A DNA stretch of 61,992 nucleotides, the filler included, from Blastocystis sp. subtype 4 (taxonomy: Eukaryota): NCBI RefSeq assembly GCF_000743755.1. It is 3 parts of 3 records of this genome, joined end to end, with 100 filler letters (N's around TTAATTAATTAA, not from the genome) between each part and the next. Parts side by side here need not be neighbours in the genome. Positions count along the whole stretch, not along the records: positions 20,884 to 41,401 come from NW_014569351.1; positions 41,502 to 61,992 come from NW_014569350.1; 1 more part is not named here. The stretch is one strand, 5' to 3'. The notes beneath the pieces were generated by a model. It saw only the letters and a list, made by a program, of their open reading frames with translations. It had not been told where the DNA came from and searched no databases. Position 1 is the first letter of the stretch; every line of letters starts with the position of its first letter. Positions 38,710 to 52,396 of the stretch are shown here, piece after piece. Both the position numbers and the translations under genes were made by a program.

Positions 38710-41401
38710 CTAAGAGAACCATCCACGGAACCGAGAAACAGAAACATGTTTAGATAGCATTTCCATCTCCTCTGGTCTACTCATTAGCCTGATATTATAC
38801 ACTCACGTGAGTTTGAGTAATTGACCCACTGCAGGTAGAATCATTTGTTGCTCAGATGCGGAACTGTAACAAAGGAATCGAACCAAAGTATGTCGCATGT
38901 ATCTACTTTGAATCCTCCTACTTCACCTACTGCAGATTCTCCATATTCTGAACTTCATTCATTGCCTTCAAATCGCCTTCTAACTGTTCCAAATGTTTGT
39001 CCTTCTTTGTATTTTCATATTGTAATAAAGAGAGATTTCTAGAATCGTAATTCCTTCTCAGTCCTCACTTCTCTGCATCTGCTAATCGAGCTCGAAGACT
39101 CACAACCTCTTCACGCATTGCTTCCAATTGTTTATGAGGTAATTCTAAAAGACCCACCGATTCTTCTGTCGCATCTTGAAGAACCCGCAACAGTGAATTC
39201 GTAGCAATCTGCGAGTCGATTCGAACTGGTTCTGCTGATAGACTATTCGTTGGTTCCATTGATGGAGAATCCACTGGCTCTTCCACAGGCGCTTGTTCTC
39301 CTGTCTGCAATTGGTTTTCTGACTCTATTGGTTGTTTAGACACTTCTGAGGATTCAGAAAGTTCCAAACATTGCTCAGGTGATGTATTCACTCCTGAGAC
39401 TGTCTCTTCTACATCAGTTCCAATCTGGACTGAAACCCTTTCTTCAGTTACACTACTTGCCGCTTCTGTCTGTTTTTCCAACTTATATAAGCGTCCCTTC
39501 ACTTCCTGAATTACGCTTTCAAGCTCTTTCTTTTCCTTCTCCAAAGTTGAAGTCTTCGTCTCCATCTCCGAGATACTGCTTTCTAGATGATGAATCGATT
39601 CTTCGAGTTCCTGAATAACTTCTTCACGTTTCTGTAACTGACCTCGGAGTGAAGATAACGCTATGTCTTTCTCTTGGGTTTCACTTCGTAACTGCTGCTC
39701 CTTCAGCTCAAGTTCATTCACCTTCTGCTGGAATTCTTTTAATGTATCACTTTGTTGACTCGAGGCTAATGCCTGCTGGAGTTTGACTGTTGCGATTCGT
39801 GTCCTCTTTCGATAGTTTTCGTATTCAGACTGCAACGACTCCAACTCCTTCTGGGTAACATTCAGATCCTGTAGGGTGCTGTGTAACTCTGAATGGAGAA
39901 CTGAGTGAATCTCAGTAGGAATTACTACCTAAAAAGACATCCCAACACCTACTGGCAGAAGGGAAGGATTGACGTAGCACATCCAGTTGTAGCCACTTAC
40001 ATGTAGATTCATCTAGCTTTCATTTCATTTCCTAAATACAACGGAAGGATCCTACAGTAGGATAGGTCAATCGGCAGTAACACATATCCTGATTTTCCAC
40101 CACCACATGTAACAACACCTCCACATCTATGCATCACAACCAATGCTTTCACCCACTTGTCACATCCATACCTACCCAATCTGTTGCAAAGGAATATCTC
40201 AAAGACTCTATTTGTTTCTCCAGATCCGTATTCTTGCTCTGGAGACTACTATTCAGATCCAGAAGGCGCGTTTCATTCCGACGTCTAGATTCAATGCCTC
40301 CTTCTAACATCACTTCAATACAATCTCATCATCTTTCGCTTGAATCATCTGCTGCTGTAACTTTAAATTGATCTGAAGTTGCGACATTTGACTCTCTAAT
40401 GCCTCTAGCTGACTACTCTGACTCTGGAGTGATAGATTATTATGATTCTATGGTCATTAATGCAAATGATATATACCATATATGCAATCTTCTCCTGAAG
40501 TTGACTACGAGCATCGTTCTAAAAGAGAATCAATCTCTTCAACAAATACCAGTTGATTCTGGAGGGATTTGATCTCGTCTGCTTTCTCAATCTACATATG
40601 AGTCTTTATATCAACAAGCAACCAGAGAAGCCTTAGTCTTGGCAAGATCAGTAAGACTCTCATTCTACATATCAAAACATGATCTTGTTTTGACTCTCTC
40701 ATGTTCCAAAGCAAGAATTCGTTCATGTAGAATATTCTAGACTTAATATGTTCCTATTCTCCTACATCTTGACTTCGTCTCTCGACTGATTGATTGATAA
40801 TCAAACGGAGTTGGGTTTCATTAGCTTGTAATGTTTCCTTCTCGCCTTCTAGAGTTTGAATCATCATTCTTGCCTTTCCCTAGAATTATACTCTCGTCTG
40901 ATTTCTACAAGTTCTGATTCTAATTCCAATCCCTTTTGCTCTGCTGTCTCTGCACGCTCTGTGAGTTGAAGTACTGTAGCCAGCTTCGCTTCCTATTACT
41001 AAGGACTACAGTCAACAATCACATTGTCTTCAGTCAATTGATGAGTAACACTCTCGAATCGGTTCTATGAATCAGTCAAGGAACAAAGACACACTGTTGC
41101 TTCTATATTCGCCTTTTTTGCCATTGTCAATTCATTCTCCAGATCTATAACATGGGTTTCTAATGCATCCTTCTCAGATCTCAGTTCAGACAGTGATGAT
41201 TCCAATTCATTCTTTGAAGATTCCAGTTCATTCAATTGAGATTGAAGAGTAGTAACCTGAGAAGATAACTCATCATTCTCAGATCTCAGTTTAGACAATG
41301 AAGATTCCAATTCATTCTTTGAAGATTTCAGTTCATCATTAGTTGATCTCAGTTTAGACAATGAAGACTCAGAATCATTCAATTGAGATTGAAGAGTAGT
41401 A
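38710..41401 (-). CDS. GRIP-domain golgin (long coiled coil); 5' end truncated by the gap
   Basis: C-terminal YMRHTLVRFL...QMILPAVGQLLKLT|PEE...GWFS matches the GRIP pattern; upstream ORFs are heptad-rich. Confidence 0.8.
41170..41401 (-). repeat. Coding coiled-coil tandem repeats (NELESSLSKLRSEN / TTLQSQLN) at the contig edge
   Basis: Repeated blocks agatctcagtt(t/c)agaca..., ttccaattcattctttgaagat and caattgagattgaagagtagta. Confidence 0.8.
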
Positions 41402-41501
41402 NNNNNNNNNNNNNNNNNNNNNNNNNNNNNNNNNNNNNNNNNNNNTTAATTAATTAANNNNNNNNNNNNNNNNNNNNNNNNNNNNNNNNNNNNNNNNNNN
41501 N
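41402..41501. other. Artificial assembly spacer
   Basis: N44 + TTAATTAATTAA + N44. Confidence 0.97.
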
Positions 41502-41636
41502 ATGGCATTACCATTTTCATCAAGTCCAAGACCCTTAATATGTGAATGTGCAGAAATACGTCGTGTCTTCTTGCTAGCACTGTTCTGTTCTGTTACCTAG
41601 CAAGATAACACGTGGAAAAAGCATATTTACTTTCAT
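41502..41636 (-). CDS. RUVBL1: RuvB-like 1 (pontin) N-terminus; truncated by the gap
   Basis: MK|VTEQNSASKKTRRISAHSHIKGLGLDENGNA. Confidence 0.9.
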
Positions 41637-41734
41637 AGAAACCAATTCAACAAGTGGGTTTTGAAAACAAGCGATGAAAAGAATCGGAAGAATTCGGGAC
41701 TCTTTTTGTCCTTTGTTGACTTTGTGAATCAATT

Positions 41735-43601
41735 ATGACAGCAGGTAAGATTTGATCCATAGTCATCACTGATGAGAAATTGGGGATGGCGGGAAATGTA
41801 TCCTCCCTCCTTCTTTGATTTCGCTACAAAAAATGGCTCTTTCAGACAGTGATAAGGTGAAATTCAAGAAATGGCTGGCAAGAGGAGAACTGAATGAGAT
41901 CCTCAATGCCTTTGGAGAAGCCCAGTATAAGTCTGCACTAGAATACATTGCAAAGAAGTAATTCAAAAGTTTGAAATCTGAGTGATAGAGCATCAACATG
42001 GGCACATCAACTTGAAGTCGGGTTTGTAGTACCTCCAAAGCAATCTCAGAAGGATGAAGATCATTCTGTGAAAAGTAACAGTCCTGGACACAAACGAGTC
42101 ACTCTTCTGGCTTCGTCTCCTGCTTCTAGTGAAACAAAACAGAAGAAACGAGGTTGTAAACGGAATCTACAGTCCAAGGACATTGATAAACAAAGTAAGA
42201 AGACCAATAAGATTCTTGTGGAACCTTCATTCGACAACCCCGTTCCTCTTCTACCTCGGAAACGAGTGTAATGACTGTTATAGAGTATGATTCCTAGTCC
42301 TCTGAAGATGCCTTTTGCGGAGTTCACAATTGGAACTGCAGTTCGATTGATTATCCCTGCATACAAGGAATTCCTTCAGAAGCATGAATCCATTCTGTCA
42401 GAAGCACAACGGAATTCTGCCTATTCGCTCATTGAGCACTATGAATCGATTCCTCTTTCGATTGTTCCATGCAAAGTCATAGGAATTGAAATCCAAACAG
42501 CTATAGCAGAAGAAGTGATGAGTGTGACAGTCCATTGCACAGATGGACAAACTTTATCATTGTTGTCTATTGTTCCTACAAGGTTAGGAACTGTGGTAGT
42601 GATGATTCATAGTGATTTGCTTCAGTCACCACCTCACCTAATAACAGAAGAAGCATTTACCACTAGTATGACGCATTTAAAGACCCTTAGCCATCAATTC
42701 AATGGAATAGTGTCATCAGATCGATCAACCTTCTCAAAAGACACCAAAATAGCTCAAGTATTTAGTGCTCATCGAGAAGAAGGAGATCCATGTCCAATGG
42801 GAGAACGTTACGAAGGAGTGATTTACGATGTAGCAGAAGATGCTCTTGAGAATCCTTATCAAGTATAACTACATTCATTTCTCATCATTTAGTCTATTCG
42901 TGTTGTGTGGTTAGGAGTCAGTGCCAACACTGGTAAATGGGTGATGGATTTCTATCAGCTGGACAATCTGTAGGTTGCGCATTACGATAATAATCAGATG
43001 CTCTCCTTGGGAGCTAGAAACAAGTCGAATTGCCGAAGCAACACCAGAAAGGGAACAGATACCTCGTGCTTCCTATGCGACAGACGAACAAAGCATTTTG
43101 AATGTACGTATACGATAGCGATATGACCTTAGTTACTTCGAGATCCTCAGTGTGGACCAGAAGGATGCTCCATCTTTGATGACCTGACACCACTTCTAGA
43201 TGATCCCCATTATAGAGAAGGTATGAACTGACCATTGCCTTTCATCTCTAGTGATCACTCACCCAATGGATTTCAGTACCATTGCTAAACATTTGCAGGA
43301 GGGAAAGTATGAATCTGCAGTGAGTGATAAGAATAGATACGATGGAGAAAATCGAGAGCAATTCTGGAATGACTTGAACTTGATTGTTAACAATGAATGG
43401 AATGTATCCTTCTTTGATTTATAGACCAAGCAATTCAACCAACCTGAACGTTTTGAATGGAGAGTTGCAGACATACTAGAATGCACAATTCACCGAATTC
43501 GGAATGACATTGATCTGCGAAGGATCCGTTATGTTTCTCCACTCGAAACAAATTCAGCTGATGATCCGATATCCATTGAAGGTGTACCAGTTCTTGCCTA
43601 G
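41735..43601 (+). CDS. Bromodomain protein with a BRWD/PHIP-like ancillary region, multi-exon
   Basis: PYQ|SIRVVW...SPWELE followed by Y...ITHPMDFSTIAKHLQEGKYES...FWNDLNLIVNN|TKQFNQP. Confidence 0.7.
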
Positions 43602-43769
43602 AAGATTATCCATGTATTTGTTCCAAGAAACGACTTGTTGAATCCATTTGTTTAATGATATCCTATTATTATTAAGAACTGAATTATAAGATTGACATCC
43701 AAAAAGGGTAATATTTTTTGAATTTCCGAAATCAGTTGTCTATTCTGCAAGTGAATATTCATTTTCGAG

Positions 43770-44889
43770 ATGAAGATGAACGATGCACCAAAAGAAAGAC
43801 ATCAATCCGTAGAGTACCAATATCGTGTTTCCGGTCACAACATGATTATTACACTTCCAAGCGGCAAAGTATGAATTATCATATTAATTTATTGGTAGAT
43901 AGCAAAACATGCACCAGAAAAGGAGCTGAAGTGTTATCAAGAACTGTATGATCAAAACTCGGAACTCATCAAGTTTTGTGCTCCATTCTATGGATATTAT
44001 ACACTCTTGACAGTTTGAATTATTATGGGATAATAACTGAATTAGAAGGAGAGTTCTCCTGTTTCATCCTCTTTATCTTTTACTCCCAGTTCAATATCTT
44101 CTAGCGACATTGATCCGAATGAACCACTTTTACAGTAAGTATCTTTAGTGTATACTGACACTAGAAACACACCACCTGGTCGGTACCTAGTTCTTGCAGA
44201 TTTGAACGCAACATATGAGTATCCCTGTATATTAGATATGAAACTTGGTACTCGTACCTACTGTAGGATTTTTGTTCTCTTTTGATCATAGGGGATGGAG
44301 CACCTCCTGAAAAGGTGGAGCGACACCTCCGAGTTTGTAAGAATACAACTTCAGGTCCGCTTGGAATTCGGATCTGTGGAATGCGAGTAAGATATGAAAG
44401 GAATTTGGAACATAGACATATCAACCAAAGTTGAATCTTCGTGTAGTGAAAGATAAAGAGTTTGGGAAGAAGTTGACAGATCGGACTCTTCTTGGCGCTT
44501 TAGCCTTGTTTTTTTATGATGGGTTTACATTTCGTAATGATATAATTGATTCTGTGATGACTAAATTGTATGATTTGCTTGAAGCTGTGAAGAGAGTATG
44601 GATGGAAGGAGGATTTGACTGTAGAGCCATTGGCGTTTCTGGTCATCGAGTATTCTATTTACGTATGAAGGAAATGGAACGAATAAGGCGGATGTTCATC
44701 TGATTGATTTTGGGAATTGTAACTTCTCTGGGAAGTATGACACCCCTGATGATGTTGGTAATTGACAATGAGAGTTATTTGTAGGGATGTATTTTAGCGT
44801 TAAGCAATCTTCTTGCGTATTTGCAGTTGATTCGGAATGGAGTTGTAAAGAAAGTGGATGTGGAAAAACTAATTACCAAAGATAGCTGA
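43770..44889 (+). CDS. Inositol polyphosphate kinase (IPK/IPMK/IP6K family), multi-exon
   Basis: VSGH, PCILDMKLGTRTY (PxxxDxKxG), GIRICGM, SSILFTYE, VHLIDFG. Confidence 0.92.
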
Positions 44890-45017
44890 AAGCAAATTCT
44901 GTGATATTATGGTGGCTTGCTGTTGTTTGTTGAATCAGTCCCATTTTTGTTTCATTTTCATTCTTTTGTTTCTCTTCCAATGTTAAAGAGATCAAGAGAT
45001 TGTGAAGATAATGAAAC

Positions 45018-48000
45018 ATGCGGAGAATAGTGACGTGTTTCGTTTGATGTTTATGTTGTAGTGTTCTAGATCTCAAACGGCAAAAGAAGCCGGAGAAGAG
45101 GCAACGATATTATTTAGAAACGAGAGATCGTGCTCCTTTGTGTATTTCTAGGTTACTGCGAACAGTTGTCGGTCCTTATACTGAAAAAGTTTCTCAGTTT
45201 GGAAGACTTTTTCAGGATGGTTCCATTGTCTTTGCATTGAACGGAGAGATCACTGTTTGGTGGATTGATCCTTTACAAGAGTATTATCATGATAGTCCCG
45301 TCTAATTTCGATTATGTATTGATTTGTAGTCATTTATTCCTTGGACTATTCCGTTTCCTCCCGATGTATCTTTTGTTAATTCAAATCTTGTGGCCCTCTG
45401 TGGAAATCATCGAAGAGATGTTCTTGTTGGTATATCTACCGGAGAAGTGTATTATTGGTCGGCTGCAGAAGGACGATATCTCAATGGTTCCATCCGATTT
45501 CCATCACGGTCTGTTCTCCTGTCTACAGTCTACTGTGACGAAACCGAGAATGTGTTGATTACAAATTGCAATGATATTTATCACGTAAAAGTGGAAGAAA
45601 AAGAAGAAGAATACTTTGACGATCAAAGTAGGAGTTTTAAAGCAAATTGAGAAACAGAGACATTCATGCTTCAAACACGGATAAACCGTTCTCTTAAAAT
45701 TGAAGTAGTTAAATCAAATCATTCATTTCTTGCATCTCTTGCTTCAGCTTTCGGATTGGGTTCTGAGACTGAAACTTCCGTTTCTCCGTTTATTCAGTAT
45801 CCTTATATGATCTGTTCTCATGGAACAACTGTCTACCGTGTAAATTTGATGGATGGAAAGGTTGTGGGAAGCATTCGTCTTGATCAAGTGTTGCGATCGG
45901 AATGTGAAATCAAAGCTGTTTGTGGAAATGATAGTGGGAATGCAGCTGTGTTGGTTCAACGGAATCAACTCTATTCAGTGATTGTGTGTTATCTTGATCA
46001 TCAAGGGGTCAAAGCCACTTTGCATACAATTGACATCCCCCCAGAAACTCAGTAGCGAAAACTCTCATATTTTACCATTAGACATTCCTGGAATGAAACT
46101 CCTTCATTCCGAATGCTTGAAACTCCTGACGGAGATGAATTGTGTTTCTGGACACATACTTGTCGATCTGTAATCACGATGATATCATTGCGTACTTCAT
46201 CTGTTGCCAATTATTCGCCTCGATTTCCAACACCTGCTTTGATGATTGATCTGTTGACTCCTTTCCCTGGTCTGGTGGTGGTGTGTTCAGATCGAACAAT
46301 TCGATTCATCCCTGAGGAGAATAGTAATGAAGGGTCATTGAATGATGAGATGTGTTCCTTGTTTGTTCCTGCTGCTTGTCAGAGATTGATGAATGATGAG
46401 CACGCATTGACATGGTTGCTAAAAGCAACTCACTTATATCATCGGCATTTGTATTTTTCATGCTTTTATTATATGAGTGTGATTGAGCGAATGCCAGAAG
46501 AGATGATACAGAGTACTTGCCATCATGGTCTCATTGAATTGTTTGAGACTTGGATTGATGGATCATTGGTATCAGGATTACTTCAACGATGTGATATTGT
46601 GTTTAGTATGATTCGCTTGTTATCCAACATGGTAATGTTTTAATTGTACTGTGATTTGTAGCATTTCATTCATTTACTAAGTCCTTACTCAGAATCCATC
46701 TCTACCTCTCTTTCTCATCTCCTTCTTCGTGCATCTTTGGCGCAAGCTCTTCACTCTCCACAGCCAACAGCTGGAGATGAAGTAAACGCTCTTCTCCATC
46801 AGTATGATGCTATCCTTCGCCAACATGACAGTGATCTCACTCCACTCCTCACTGAACTCCAGACCGATCATTCAATCTGGATTCTTCGGGACTGTCTCCG
46901 ATTTTTACTTCACTACCATTCGATGCTCACATCTCTTCCTGCTACTGTTCATGTAGGCGTATTCTGCCTCTTTCACTTTAGATCTCTTGTTGGAACTGGA
47001 CTTCAGATCCAGCAGTTCTGACGTATTTCACTTCCGTTTTATCCACTCCTCTTCCATCTACAACTCCTTATCACACTTCACAGTTTAGGAATTGTATGAT
47101 AGAAATCTGTTCCAATTGTGTCCTACTGTATCCCTCTCATTCTCCTCTCACATTACTGATCTACGTTAACCTTCTTTTTTATCATCATATCTAGCGTGTT
47201 CTCCATCAGATGGATCCAAATATTGCTTATTCTCTTGCTGTTGATCATCATGTATATGAGTATCTCATAACACTTGATCTGTCTAAGACTCTTGTAGTGC
47301 CAAGTACCATCAATCACTTCTAGTCGATCCTTCGGACTGACTCAGAATTTGCTCGATATGTTCTACATCAGGATGCTATCCATAATAAAGCTAGGTTATT
47401 CTCAGTGTGTGACGAAGTCCCTGATTTGGCTAATTCGATTCTTCCAGTTCTGATTGATGCACATGATCACGTCTAGGAGTATCCTCAATACTATTGGCTT
47501 ATTCAATTGCACAAAACACCGGAAGCATGTGAAGCGATTCTAAATACAGTTAAACGGATTCAAGACCGATCAACTCGATCTACAGCTTTAGCATGTCTAT
47601 GGTTCCATTGCATTAATCGGAACTGTGAAAGTGTGAAAAGAGAAGTAGAAAGGTTGCAGGAAGCGGTAGCATGTGAACAGACGTTAATGGAACTGGGAGA
47701 GGGTTTATCCGAATGTACCCTTTCGGATTTGACAACAGCAACACTGAATGGAATTGAAGAATGGAATGATACGTCAAAGGAACGAATTACTTCTCTTTTA
47801 ACTCGAATCAACATTGGTCGGGAACAGGGTGAGGAATTAACTGATATTGAATTGGCTGTTTTGCACCATGCCCTATGTGTGGATGAAGGTCGAAATGAAT
47901 CCTATGAGCAGTCGATGTTGTAGGGGTGATTGAGAGGATTGAGTATAGATACTTTGTATTGAGCTCACTTCAATATAGAGAGTTGGAGAAGTGGAGGGGA

Positions 48001-48075
48001 GAATTAGTCCATCTTTTCCACCTCAACGAAGTGTATAAAGAGTTCTGGGATGCAGTTGTAGGATGTCTTCATTAG
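45018..48075 (+). CDS. Large multi-exon protein, beta-rich N-terminus plus helical C-terminus; possibly Nup133-like
   Basis: Chained + strand ORFs; TGEVYYW resembles a Nup133 propeller motif; TAG at 48075, then TGTTTGTT at ~48086. The family call is weak. Confidence 0.4.
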
Positions 48076-48352
48076 TCATTTTATTTGTTTGTTGATTATT
48101 CAGCGAGAAACAATGATTATTTGTATGTATCCCTATTTCGTTAATCAATCCTTCTGTTTCAGGGAAGTGGCAAGAATTGGGTCCAAGATGGACATAACCC
48201 AATTTCTACCTCCATTCATTTCCAATTCCATCAATTATTTGGTTATTGTAATTCCGAAGTAGGTGTTGTATCCTAGAATGATTTGTGATGCTATATGATA
48301 ATGGAGAGGATGGTTTTGCATTGTCCTGAGGAAAGTACTCACCTTCTTGCAG

Positions 48353-48783
48353 ATGTCCTCTGAAGTTGTTTGGAACGTCGTGAAGAAGAACAGTGCTTTC
48401 ATGAAGAAGCAAAAGCAGGGATCCAAGGTGACCATGTTCTCTACTGACAAACTGAATGTCACGAACTACTATACGTATTGGATTGGATGGGAAAGTGATC
48501 GAATAGACCTAAGTACATGGGTATTTGCCAGAAGCGTGCTGTTGGTGTGAATTGCGAAGGCAAGCACATTATGTTGAGCATCAAGTCCACCAAGCACACT
48601 GTGAAGCCTTGCAAGATGGTGCATAAGGCTCATGTGAAGCGTGCTGCTTCTGTTGCCAAGGAGGTAGGAGTGGTCAATGTAGATAAGTGGAAGGTGTCCA
48701 AGGGATCCTACCGTCCTTCGCTGGAGGCTGCTGCTGTCGCTCGTTACAACACTCTCGATAGAGCCCTTCGTCGTTCTCACTAA
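48353..48783 (+). CDS. RPL28: 60S ribosomal protein L28 (eL28), spliced
   Basis: MSSEVVWNVVKKNSAFMKK...FSTDKLNVTN; YRPSLEAAAVARY. Confidence 0.92.
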
Positions 48784-48839
48784 AGAAGTCATCTCATTAC
48801 AATAACGGATTGGGTTGTTTGTTTGATAGAAAACAACTA

Positions 48840-49772
48840 TCACCTCTTTCCATGACGGTGTTTGTGAACATGTTTCCTCCGTTTTGGCCTATGTGTTGTT
48901 TCCTTTTCCTGGAGTTTCTGCAACAACAGATCTCGATCACTTTCACTGAGAGTTCGCAGATATTCCATCACTTCAGCATCTGAACTATCTTCACTACTTG
49001 ATACATATCGATTCAACTCCGGATCGATATTGCCTCCGATCGGGGCGTCAGTCTTCAAATAAAGACCTTTGCTTATCTGAATAGCACGACTTGAAAATTG
49101 CCGTAACGGTTTCTCTGATGAATCCACATTCTCATCAGTTGTAGTTGGCTGGTATTTCTTTACCAAATCCTCCACTCGATCATAGTTCAACTCTCCATTC
49201 TTCTCCTTCAGAGCCGTTTCATAGATAGCAAAGGGATTCTAGATGAGAAGAATTGATTTGTACCTACATTTATCTGTGGATCGGGTTGCTCATTTTCCGA
49301 TGAGTCCTCCTGTACTTCTGTTGGAACATCTGTGACTACTCGGTTCGGATTCATATATTTCTGTTTGAATCGGATTGCTTCCTCGTCTTCTTGTTTGGCT
49401 CGTTCTTTCTTCTCCAATTCCTTCACTTCTGATGGAACCGCATACCTTTGTGTCATAAATGAACTGACAACTACATAAAGTCGAGTTCCATCTCCTTTTG
49501 ATTAAGTTCCTTCCCCGTATCTCTCATTTCTACCATCTACATCATCACTACATTATGGAATAATTTGTACCTTGTCGAACAGAAACTTCTCACGTCGCTT
49601 TTCCAATTCGATTCGTGCTGCTGTTTCTCTCCTTTTCCGATCTTTGTCCTACTTGATCATATCACTCAAATGAAAAATAAACCTCTTGCTCCTTTTCATA
49701 TCGTTTCGTCAGATTAGCCTTGTTTGCTGGATGCCATTGTTTCAGCATCAGGTAATGATGATTAATACTCAT
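48840..49772 (-). CDS. CIR1/Cwc25-type N-terminal domain protein, multi-exon
   Basis: LKQWHPANKANL..RYEKEQE matches the CIR_N KSWHP motif; basic, His-rich C-terminus. Confidence 0.7.
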
Positions 49773-49941
49773 TGTGACGAAACTTGATTCAAATCATTGC
49801 CATACCTCAGTGAGTCTCCAGTTATTGTGACTCATTATTACGTTCATTTATTGGTATAATACGGAAGGTTATATATTTCGATCCCATCCTTAAGTGGTTG
49901 TGGAAAAACTCTATTGAATAATATTCTATGAACAACAAAAG

Positions 49942-52039
49942 ATGAGGTCCACAATTCTCAGAACAACAGAAAGATTCAATGTTCATTATTCTGAGTTGTG
50001 TTTGACTCTTTCTGTCCTGAGAAGTTTTCTAGACTGCTTGTTATTTGTACATCAGTACTGTAACCAAGCCTTTTCTTGTGATGATAGATAGGTCAAACTG
50101 TATGTACCCCCAAATTAGAACATCGTTCAAGTGGCCAGAGGAAACAGATTCAATGTATTCTGGTTTCTTGATGTAATGATCTGTGTAGAGAAATAACAAG
50201 GAGACTATTTGACGAAGGAAAACAGGAAATGATTAAACGAACTCAGAGAAAGTGAGAACTATTGGGGCGGTTGAGGATCTAGGCATCAAAAACACTCTTG
50301 CGATGATCACGTACCTATGTCAGAAGGTAAAGGAATTGCATATCCCAAGACACCCAATAATAGTAGTTGTTCAGATATGATATCCGATTTAACGGACTCT
50401 TATAACATTCAGTACAAGGTATGATTCGTATGGAAACGTGATAAAAAGGATTTGCGTGTTCTTCGGCGATTAGGTTCTGGGACGAGTGGATTGGTAAAAG
50501 AAGTCCTTCATATCCCATCTGGTGAGACAATGGCTGTTAAAGTGGTTCCTCTTGCTTCTAATTCTGATTCGCAAGTGTTTATGTGTCGAGAACTCAATAC
50601 TCTTCGCTTTTCTGAGTGTCCATATTTGATTGATTTTTATGGCGCCACTGTCTATGTATTGGATATGGATTTTTTGTAATGCTTAGGGTGATTCTTTATT
50701 ATTGATTCTGATGGAATATATGGATTTAGGTTCATTAGACTTAGTCCGTAAGAAGTTAGGTGGTATGATTCCAGAATCCCTTCTTGGGAAAGTGGCTTAT
50801 TGTGTATTTACAAAGGATGAGATTGATAATAGGTCTTAAGTGGATTGGATTACATGCATATCAAGTTGCATATGCTTCATTGTGATCTCAAACCTGGAAA
50901 TATTCTACTAAACTCCAAAGTTCGATAATGAGTTAAGTACTGATCATAGGGTGAAATCAAGCTTACTGATTTCGGTGTGAGTGAATATCTTGATGATTCA
51001 GGAAAGGTTAATACCTCTTGGTCAGGAACAACATCATTTATGTCCATATCCTAAAGACTGATTTGAATAGGATCCTTCATACTACCCTGAACGAATCGCA
51101 GGGGAAGCATATGATGAAGCGAGTGATGTCTGGTCTTTAGGTTTGACATTGTATTACTGTGCAACAGGGACATTTCCATTTGTTCATAACTATGGTATGA
51201 GTGAGTGATTCATGATCATATCAGATGAATTGGGATATTGGGAATTGTTCTTCTGTATCACAAACAACCCTGTTCCGGAGCTTCCATCATCCTTCTCTCC
51301 TGAGTTTATCAGTTTCATTTCAGAATGTATGAAGAAAGATCCATCTGAGCGAACTTCAGTAAGTGGCCTACTTCAACATCCGTTTGTTACTCGATATCAA
51401 TCATTTGATATTTGTAAGAGTCTTCACGATCTTATGACTGAATCCAAGAAGATTATTCTGGAGGATTTGCTTGTGGAAACGGATGAAGCGATTGTTCCTG
51501 ATCTTCCTATTCCTGCCTTTCCTAATGAAGTGGATACTCGTGTTTCTGGAATTCAAGAGACGCAAATGGACTTCGGTCATATTATATCTACTGAATCAAT
51601 CAAGGATGATCTTCATTCTATTGAGAATAATAGGAAGGATGGAAACGAGATATTTGATGGTGAAGAATTAAACACTTCTTCACGTTCCGATCAACCGAAC
51701 ACTCTTCATTTCTCTGATATGTCTATCTTTACAGAGAATATTAAGATGAAATCGATTCGTTGTAGTCCTGTGTTAGATCCAAAAGAAGATACTGTGATGA
51801 ATCAGGATCATTGTAGTATGATGTCCCTAACTATTCCAGTAGATCGAAGAGATGAGACTTGTCTTGATCTCATGTTCAATGATACACATGGTTCTTATAT
51901 CAATAAGGAAAAGAAGGACCAATCATTTCATCTGACTTATGAGAGTCATGGGAATTTGAAGAATCCTGCTTTCTTGGGTTCCAAGTGGTCTTCCAAGCAG
52001 AAACTCTTGAATCGGATGGTAGCTGTTAAACCAAAGTAA
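49942..52039 (+). CDS. MAP kinase kinase (STE7 family) with long C-terminal extension; 5' exons uncertain
   Basis: [59 protein letters not shown]. Confidence 0.9.
51046..51085 (+). other. U12-type AT-AC intron (40 nt) in the MAP2K gene
   Basis: ATATCCT...TCCTTCAT-ACTAC. Removal restores the conserved MS|PER motif and the reading frame. Confidence 0.9.
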
Positions 52040-52065
52040 TCATCTTCATGACTTGTGTCTCGCTA

Positions 52066-52360
52066 ATGATGTGTCCATTCCTGTATTTTGGTAGAATTGC
52101 CATTGTGGAACCAGTAACAATAGGGAAAGTCAGTCCAAGAAATGAGGCGATAGAGAGTTCTCAGGTTGATTACAATCAACATTTGAAGTCATCAATTGGG
52201 AGTGGCATTACTGCTATCAGTTTTGAATATACTTTTCTTTACAGAATTAGGCCATCCTGCTGTAAGGGACAGTATACTTGCCCTTTCTTGTTTGTTGTTA
52301 ATAACCACGGTTTTCTTTTTCTTTTGGTTTTCGTTCCAATCATATTATCAAAGAGTAAGT
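52066..52360 (+). CDS. Possible small two-TM protein
   Basis: Hydrophobic stretches VALLLSVLNILFF and ILALSCLLLITTVFFFFWF in ORF 52196; exon structure and ends are unclear. Confidence 0.3.
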
Positions 52361-52396
52361 GTATTTTACGTTCGAGTCGAAGTACCAATCGAAACA

